DNA of 64,000 nucleotides, taken from positions 159,843,741 to 159,907,740 of the forward strand of contig CM041465.1 in the NCBI GenBank assembly GCA_023213395.1, read 5' to 3'. Numbering within the stretch: position 1 is the stretch's first letter; each line of letters starts with the position of its first letter. The notes beneath the pieces were generated by a model. The model worked only from the letters and a program-made list of their open reading frames with translations, was not told the DNA's origin and did not search any database. This DNA comes from Cycas panzhihuaensis. Taxonomy: Eukaryota; Plantae; Cycadophyta. The position numbers and the translations under genes were made by a program. Shown piece after piece: positions 54,587-64,000 of this stretch.

Positions 54587-56015
54587 TTCAAGAAAATTAG
54601 TGACTAACTTTCAAGTAGATAAGATTCCTCAAAAGAAAATTAGCAAATCACCCCTCTTTTTGTGAAATAAACCACTCTTTTACATCCTTATTTCTGCCCT
54701 ATAGAAGAAATTATATGTATTGTATATATTTCTATAGTACTACATATGTGCCTATAGTGTTGTATGTTGTACCACATCATTATTTATAGTATCATGGTTA
54801 TATTCATGGTATTATAGATAATATTATGGTACCCTTTATATCTACCCTAAAATAGCCTACAAAAGCCATATCAGACTCTTCCTAGACTAAGACACTAATA
54901 ACCTAGTTTAGCCCCAAGCAGAACCCCAAATAGGTCCCATTTAGTCCCCATTACCTAAAACAAGCACTGCCCACCTACAAATCCTATTCTAGCAATAATG
55001 AGTAAATTGACTAGCTTAGGGTTAGATCCCCTTACCAAGTCAGCTTGTGCCACTACCATGCCATCATCATGGTCTTGATGACTCCCTTTACTTGCTAATA
55101 TAATGGTTGGATCTCCTCCAACAAGCTCATAAATGTGGCAGAAAATGGAAGGGCAAAGGTAATTTTCTGAAATTTCTATAGGGAACTGTGAAAATGAAAC
55201 TTATTGACCTAATTATATAGGGCCCCTTTTAGTGAGATCCCCTTGCCCTTCATGCTTGTCCCATTTTTATCTCGCCATTAGATTCCTAGTTTTAGCATCA
55301 TCTCTTTTATTATGGGTCATCCCCCTTCTTGACCTCCAGGCCCTTGTTTTCTTTCCTTTTTGGGGTGTAACATTTATGCCTTTCTTTCTAGGAGAGACCT
55401 TTTTGCTCCCATGGCACCTACCTTAGACCTTATAAGTGTTTATAGTCATTAATATTATGTGGAGGCATTGATTCCCATTTTCAAGTCAAAAGGTTCTACA
55501 ACTGAGCCTCCCTTCCAACCTCTAAACCTCAGCCATTGATGAGGCTAAACTATGGCAATTGCTTCTTATTTCTTTTATTATTGTTGATTCTTTCCTCCTC
55601 AAATATTCCTTGGGAATCCCCCTTGCTTATTTAAGGAGATTTTTGGGGTTTTGATCCCCTTTCTTGGGCCTTCTTGCCCTTTTTGTGGCTTGCCATAAAG
55701 GTGACCCCTTGGTCATTTCCCCCTCTTTCCAGCTTACCACTAAGGCAACCCCTTGGATTGGTAACTTTCTTGCTTGTGTTGGCTTTAGGTGATTGGTTAA
55801 TTAGATAAGGTTTTATTCTCATCATTAACCTATTTCCTTCCCTATGGCTTGTGTACCTTTAACTGCCTACTAACGAGGTATCACTATGGCAAACATTATT
55901 GCCCCTTATCACATACACACATTTGGTTGTCTGGTTTTATCTCACATCATCTGTGTTAGAAGCATTCACCATCTTTAAGCTTTGGAGCTAAGAGGTTTTG
56001 CTGCCAAGGGGGTAG

Positions 56016-58550
56016 TGTTTCTTAGCTCCTAGGAATGGCACTAGTGTGGTGACATAGCTAAGTTCAGGTATGCATCTTCACCTCCATCACATTACTCATA
56101 TTATCCTTATGACATGCATTTTATTGGTTGATTGGATGTCTACTTATTTATACATCTTTCTTGCTTGTGTTTGCCTTTCTACCTATGATGATTAGGACTC
56201 TAGGACAATGGCCTTAGAGCCCCCTGGTCAACCCATTAGTTGAAAAAATGGACCTCTCCCATGACCTTACAACTTATATTTTGGCCCCATCCTCATCCTT
56301 TTAGCCTTATTTTCCCTTTACACCCATTAGTCACTCACTATTTTAGACTTTGGGGTTTGTTTTCAATAATTAGAGTGCCCTTAGAACTTGTTTTAGGCCT
56401 TCTTTTCCCCTTTTGTTATTATACCATAGACATTCTTGCTATATAAAGTGGTATTGTTGAGTATTCTATGGTACTGTGGCTAAATCTATGGTACTACAAC
56501 TTCGGCCATGGTACAACTATTAACTTACCTGACTACCTTTACAATAGCCCAACGATTATTTTGCCACCTTGTTTGGTGGGCCCTCCATACTACATTAGCC
56601 CATAATACCTCATTGTACCCTTAAGAACCACCATTAGGCCTCAAAACCAATATTTTATTTAAATTTTATGAGGATTTGAGCTTTTCACCTTAGCTACTCC
56701 CCTAGTTTTGGGTGGTGGTTTCTCCATCTTTTACTCTTCTTGCCATACCGAAACACTATCAAATTTTTGTCATAATAACCCTTCCATACTTGACACAACT
56801 TACATGCTTAAGGAGCTAAGGTAAAGAAGTGGAGATCCAACCTAGCAGAAGTAAAGGGACATTGGAGAGCACTACGTTAGATGACCATCACATCCTCCTT
56901 CTTCTCCATTAGATTGGGCTCCCCTATCTAATCTTGGTTTGACTTTTGGTAATACTCCTTCTTACCCTTCTCTTCTTTGTTTCTTTATTGCTTTGTTGCA
57001 TAATTAGGGTTTTGAGGATTTGGCAACTTTTCTTTTGGTTGTAATATCTAAATGTAGGATTAGATCCACTTAGTCTTTCTTTCCTTTCTTTCCATATACT
57101 TCTATTAAGTTGTATGTGCTTGTTGGGGAGGTTTTCCTTCATACAAATAAGGGAACTGCCCTTGTAGAGGGAGCCATACTATTATGAGATAATTCTTCCC
57201 TCCTCACTTAATATTCACTTTTTGTTGTTACCATTCTCTTATATATTGTACAAGCTTGTATACATGTTCTTTGATCTCATATATTAATTATCTCTCTTTA
57301 TGCAAATAGATTTATTGAAAGATTGTTAGAGTAGCTCTCTTTTCATATCTAACTTATAAGTGTAATAAGGAGCAAACCCTCTTCCATCTACGTTAGGGTT
57401 TTGATAAGGTGCACTTCTACAATGTAAGCATTATCTATCTTTTTGTGCTAGCTTATTACATATACTTCCTTTACTCTTTTTTCTACACTTGCTTTCCATT
57501 AGTTACTCTTATTTATTTAGGGTGGGTAAGTGGAGTCCCCATCATCCTGTTTCAACTGGAAATATGACCATTAGAGAGGAAGAACAAAGAGAGGCAAGGG
57601 AAGCAACATCATTGACCATCCATTAGACCTGTGTGCACATCACTTACTCTTTCCTCCTTTCCTTTTCATATTCTGATCATTGGTCTCATCTCATGCTCCC
57701 CATTTATAAAGAATTCCTTCCCCTTTTTTTCATGGTTTGTTCTCATTAGTTGCATCATCATTGAAAGGAGGGAATAAGGGTTTGGGGGGAGTGGCTTACA
57801 TTGCACAAAATAAGAAGGAATTTATGTTATAAGGAAAGGAGTAGATTGCTTTTCCTTTTTGTTTAGTAATGTGAATATTGGAGATAAGGGGATATTGAGT
57901 TAGGGTTGCATGCAGGAGAGGAGTATCTACCTTCCTTTCTCTTTGTTTTCTCCTTTATTTCTTCCCCTTGATTACCATATAGGTTTATTTTCTCTTCTTA
58001 GAATAAAGAGAGAAAAGAAAGATAAAGGTAAAGAGAGCAAGGTTCCCTTGTTTTCCCTTACACCCTTTCCTTATTCCTTTATATGTTTCTTTCCTTTTTA
58101 CTAGAAAAGAAGAGGGAAAAGAGTAGTAAAAGGAAGGAGGGTGAGGTCTCCATTTATTTTGCACCCCTTTTTGTCTCTTTCCCTTATTATTGTTATTATT
58201 CTTGTACAATATTACATAAAACCATATCATACCCTTTTCACCCAACCAAGAGAGTTTGGGTTCACTTACTTATTCTTTCTCTTTCTTCCATCCTTCTCTT
58301 CCTGCTTTCTTTTCCATGTTGGTCCCTTATCAAGGGGAATTGTCCAAACATGGTCCCATCCTTCTTAAAACCATTAGTAAAAGGAGAAGGGAGTGCACCT
58401 GTGTATTCTTGAATCCACACCTTCATGGTGCATGAGTGCCCCACATAAGCAACATAGGGTTCCATCACACCCCTATACTAGGCTTTACACCCTATACCTA
58501 GTCTACTTTAGGGTGAGTAGTCATGAGTATCATCGACGGGAGAATCCTCA
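56016..58550 (+). repeat. 3' LTR of D
   Basis: Follows the PPT; collinear with 45257-47868. Confidence 0.92.
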
Positions 58551-60840
58551 CTAGTGGACCTTATAATGGCCAGGACCATGAGGTGCAATGATGATGTGAG
58601 CTACTTAGGATAGTTATGATGTGATAGTATGCATCAGAACAAGCACTATTGATTGACATCATGTCCTATTTACACTATAAGAGGTAAGTATTTCATCTAC
58701 CTATGGTAGGGGACTTAACCATCATAGTGAGCAATATTGGGTGGATATTAGGGCTACCAGTTTAAGGACTACCTCCTAAGTTGGGAGTGTTACCCAGTGC
58801 CAAGGAGGCCCACCAGGCAGTAGCTAGGTTCTTTTATGGATGAGGACACTAGGATAGATGTGGTAGGAAGGCACAGAAGATTCTTATGGCATGGATTATT
58901 CATCCAATGAAATTAATTACCTTCATAATTTTGATCCAGATATCCCAGAGGCATAACCACTATAAAGTGCCTAGGAGGTGGATGGATGCCATAAGCAGGT
59001 GAGAGGTAGAGGAGAGGCTAGATTGGGTAGTACTTATGGCTACTAACATGAGGGTGCAACTAGATCATATTAAGGTTACAAGATAAGGAGGATTCTCATA
59101 CAACTCTATCTTGTAGTACCGGTGTTGGTTTTTCAATCACTTCTAAGGAGTGGGATCAATTATAGGACTTCAACCGATGGCACTAAGTGGACTTCTGATC
59201 CATTGATGGCCATAATATTTTCATAACCTAGGGGAGCCAAAGTAGGTTCACTAGTCTATGGAGCCAGAGTAGGTTTGTTAGTTTGTGGATGTGACTTCCC
59301 TAGAGCTACTCACCTTGGACAACTATATGAGGCACCCCTATAGGGGTGTCCACTAATATAGTGATGAGGATGGGGATGCAAATGCAACACGAGAGGTTGT
59401 AGAGGCTGGAAATGAGGAGGGTGAGGGCAAGGAGGCCATTAAAGGAGATGAGGAGGAGGAGGAGGTAACTAGAGAGGAGGTACATGGTGTAGGCCCCAAG
59501 GAGGGCATGGGAGGAGGCACGAAGGCCACAGTAGCACCATAGGAAGCTCCACAGAAAGGTACTCCTTTTCTACCATTTATTTTAGTCTATTAACAACTTT
59601 TTTTATTTTCTTGATTATATATATTAGTTACTGATATATAGATTTTTTGTTTGGAGGGAGATGACATCACCACAGAGCTTGTTAACACAATTAATATTAA
59701 TATATTCCTTATGATATATGTAGAGGGCTACGACTAGCCTTCCATAGTAGATATTAGGGAGCTAACATCGACATGCCCCTATATAATGGATTTTACTCCT
59801 ATGCTCTAAGTCAAAGAGGTATGGATTGCTAAAGTCCATGAGCTACAAATGGAGTAAGATTGTATCCAAGTTAAGATGGATCAATTCCTGGATGAGAGGG
59901 GTCATTTCTAAGTGGAGTATGACTAACTAACAGTGGAGAGGACTGAGTTGCAGGCTTTAGTGAGGGAGTTAGAGGCACGTAGAGTAAAGGTAGCACCACC
60001 CATAGTAGTAGTATCTTTATAGATAGTTACAAATATTGAGGTATAGATAGTGATCTTAGAGATGTACTTCCAGGACACATAGGGATGACTTGCAGAGGTC
60101 CAGAGGGAGCAGGATAAACTCTAGTCAAGGTATGATCAGGTACTGGATTAGATGGTTGCCTAGTCCTCTAGGATACATATGATGACTCCATATTATTTTC
60201 AACCAACGGATGGGATCCACCCATAAGATGAGGGGAGTGAAGATGGGCCATCCCAATGGTTAAGGAGGATATTGGGAGGGACTTAGTCCCCACCTGAGTA
60301 GAGGAGGGATCAGTTAGAGGAGGAGATCCCTTTAGAGTATAAGGGAAGATAATTATATTTTGTATTTTATAGAGCAAAGTTGGGCATCCAAGGGTATGGA
60401 GTTTGCATATATAGTTGTATATCCTTATAAGGATCCCTACTTTCTCACATCTCATTACGTTGACTATCCATATTGTACTCTTTTTTTTTTTTTGTATGCA
60501 AGGACAAATTGGTACCTCATCATCTTCTTTATAATTTTTACATGTCTGTTCTATGGATATATTAATACACATTCCATCATTTCTATGTGTGTATGTACTT
60601 ATACTTTTGTCTCTTGACTTGTCATTTGACCTCGTGTATGGTACCATAGCTCATACACTAAGCACACACATATAATTCCCATGAAGATGATGTTATGTGA
60701 CCAGGTTCTAGTTTATACTCATGGGGGAGTTCCATGCCCCCATGAGGAATACCCATGGGGGAGAAAGGAGGGTCAGCATAGAGCATAAAGAGCCATCATA
60801 TGTGTAAAAGAATATCATACCCTATGGGTGGGAAAGAATT

Positions 60841-61780
<940 letters not shown>

Positions 61781-62150
61781 GTATTTACATGTGATAGTTT
61801 ATACTTGTGATAGAGTGTAATACACTCATGGCGGAGGATCTAGCCAATGACCAAGGATCATGGTGAAGTAATAAGCATAATGTGGCAAAGGGCCCCCTTA
61901 TGGATATAACCAATCCCTCAAACGAAAGTAGTTTAAGCTCATTTAAGAGCTTAAGCTCCCTCATAGGGTGACATCCTTGCCTTTGGTAAAGGATGGGGGA
62001 TGGAATAGGTGCAACATGATGTTATGCCCCTAATCAGGGTATTTGGAATCATGAACAAAGGTAGTTTAGGCTCATTTCAGAGCAAGTTGGTAGTTTAGGC
62101 GCATACTAGAGTGCATGTAGGCTACCCTTCTACATTGGAGGGGCAAGAGG

Positions 62151-64000
62151 TTAGATATGAAACCCTTTTAGAAATTGCATATTGACAGGCTTATCAAACT
62201 CAAAGCCTTCTAGTATATCAATCTGATATATGTTGTTGTTAAGAGTTTTGATGACTATAAAGAGGCCCAATCATTTTAGGCCAAATTTTAAATGGTGGTC
62301 ATCGAGATGTTCAAGTTTGAGGACTTGGTCCCCAACGACTGGCTAGTATAGTCAAAGGTGCTTATTATGTATCTTCCAGGCTTTAGCCTTGGACACAAGA
62401 TTTACTTGATAAGTAGCAAGGTGTTTATCATCTAATGCTTTGAGATTGAGGAGGCAACTTGGTGCCACCATTCCTTGTCTACAAACCTTTTAAGAGAAAT
62501 CCTCAAAGAGGGGATTTTAACCTTAAGGTGGAGAACTACTTCTGACCCATAGATCAAAGAAAATAATTCCATTCTCATAGCCATATATATAGAAGTTCTA
62601 TGGGCCCACAAGCCTGAATGAAGCTAAAGGTGCCAATCCCATTAGGATTGGATGGTAATCTTTTTAAGGATGTTGATCAAGGTTTTATTAAAAGCCTCGA
62701 TGTGGCCATTGGCCTAGGGTAGTATGGGGATGAAGTCTTATGAGAGATTTTAAACTACTCACAAATCTCATCCATTTTCTTATTATAAAAGAGGGTCTCA
62801 TTATCCGTGATAAGGAAATTGAGGAGCCTGAAGCAACAAATGATATGTTGAAGGATGAAGGCGGCAACCTTTTTGCATGTCATCAATGATAAAGTAATAG
62901 CCTTGGCCCATTTAGTAAAATATTCTATTACCATTAGAATAAATTTATGCTAGGACAAGGAAGGCGATGTTATGGCCCTAATGAGGTTAAGGCCCCATTG
63001 GGAGAAAAGCCATGGAAACATAATAAGGTACAACACTTCACACAGTTGGTGTATAACATTAACATGCTCTTGGTGTCTGTGACAACATTGAGCATATGCA
63101 TAGGTATCTTTAAATAACATTGGCTAATAGAATCCCATATGTAATATACTTTGGGCCATGGATTGGCCTCCAAAATAGCCTCTACAAATTCCATCATAGG
63201 ATTCATGAAGGATTTACTTAGTTTCCTTTGGATTAACACAATAGAGGAGAATGCCATCGAATGATCACTTATATAATACATCCTCTATTAGGGAGTATTG
63301 ACGAGATGATGCCCTTATGTGCAACCTAAATTTATCACTAGTGTATGTGGGATATTTTTATTGTGTTAGGTAACTAATGATATCACCATACCATTGGATA
63401 TTAGCTAATGGATGGGTATTGGTTTGTTGAAGAGCTTAAATTCGTTCATGGAGCAAGGATTCATCAACTAGGAGGCTAGTTGCATTAGGGATTAGCATGT
63501 TTACCAATTATTTAATAACTATCATACCCTTATTGGACTTATAATTGATGATCTTAAGGTCCTACTCTTGAAGGAGGATGACCCATTTGCTTGTCCTTCT
63601 CATTAAGTGCAACCATGTCATAACTTACCTCAACGGGTTTGACTAGACTATCACATATGTGGTATTACCCAAAAGGTATTGCCAAAGTTTCTTAATGGCA
63701 TATACCAATGCTAAGAATTATTTTTCTACTATAGGTAGTTTATCTCTACCATTATGAGGGTTTGACTAATGAAGTAGATGGTTCTTTCAGTTCTAGAGTC
63801 ATCTTCCTAGGCCAACACAACACCCATGGATTCATCAATCGCTGAAGTGTAAAGTATAAAGGGATGGTCAAATAATAGAGGAGCCAAGATGGGGGCCAAA
63901 ACAAGGGATTTTTTGAGCTCTTGGAAGGCCTCTTGGACTCTGGGGGACCAAACAAAAGGGTTCCCATTTTTCAGGAGATTGATTAGAGGTTTTATGCTAA
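62151..64000 (-). pseudogene. RT C-terminus, RNase H and integrase of E
   Basis: LFWPPSW/YTSAIDES region at 63752-63967, FILQHIICCFRLLNFLITDN at about 62800-62860, and C-terminal PVNMQFLKGFHI* at 62151. Collinear with pol of C. Confidence 0.88.

Larger units (their letters stand above)
45257..58550 (+). mobile_element. Tat/Ogre-type non-autonomous element D (gag-PR-aRH, no RT/RH/INT, antisense PMD gene)
   Basis: LTRs at 45257-47868 and 56016-58550 (TGTTTC...CCTCA). Arg-type PBS tggtgaccatactaagga at 47870-47887. PPT ccaagggggtag at 56004-56015. TSD ttggt/ctagt, both derivable from CTGGT by deamination. Confidence 0.9.
45207..60345 (+). pseudogene. Plant Mobile Domain (PMD, PF10536-like) accessory gene of E, antisense to gag-pol; split by D (45207-45256 plus 58556-59558; intron 59559-59656; coiled-coil exon from 59657)
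   Basis: 58640-58780 translates EQALLIDIMSYLHYKR*VFHLPMVGDLTIIVSNIGWILGLPV, matching the PMD motif ERW.PETHTFHLP.GEMTITL.DV..ILGLP. It is followed by LDWVVLMATNMRVQL and WFFNHF, an acidic tract and a heptad-rich exon. Start and end are approximate. Confidence 0.8.

Noticed and set aside
47354-58468. Paired ORFs at 47354-47753 and 57910-58468
   Set aside because: They recur only because they lie in the two LTRs of D. They are low-complexity and their frames are not conserved.

Overview
AT-rich, strongly CpG/CHG-depleted plant DNA, most consistent with a large gymnosperm-type genome (inference). It is built almost entirely of nested LTR retrotransposons, and no host gene is recognisable. From left to right: a decayed gypsy 5' end (1-2534); a decayed copia (2535-5870); a 28.7-kb nested block, copia B (6899-35597), which holds a young near-intact CRM-like chromovirus (10088-16830) and a Tat-type gypsy C (17606-34217) that in turn holds a Tnt1/Tork-like copia (18664-23978); LTR relics and a solo LTR (37.8-40.3 kb); and a large Tat-type element E (about 40939 to beyond 64000) interrupted by a related element D (45257-58550). 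The most interesting structure is in the 3' region of E. A stand-alone archaeal-type RNase H (aRH) gene and a spliced antisense Plant Mobile Domain (PMD) gene sit head-to-head around a roughly 0.7-kb CpG-rich island that has escaped the deamination seen everywhere else. The island carries clustered AACGG and G-box motifs, and phased 20-bp GTAC-palindrome arrays occur in the LTRs and upstream of both PMD genes. The same aRH cassette sits at a different position in D, replacing RT-RH-INT. All coordinates were read by eye, and boundaries of the old elements are approximate.
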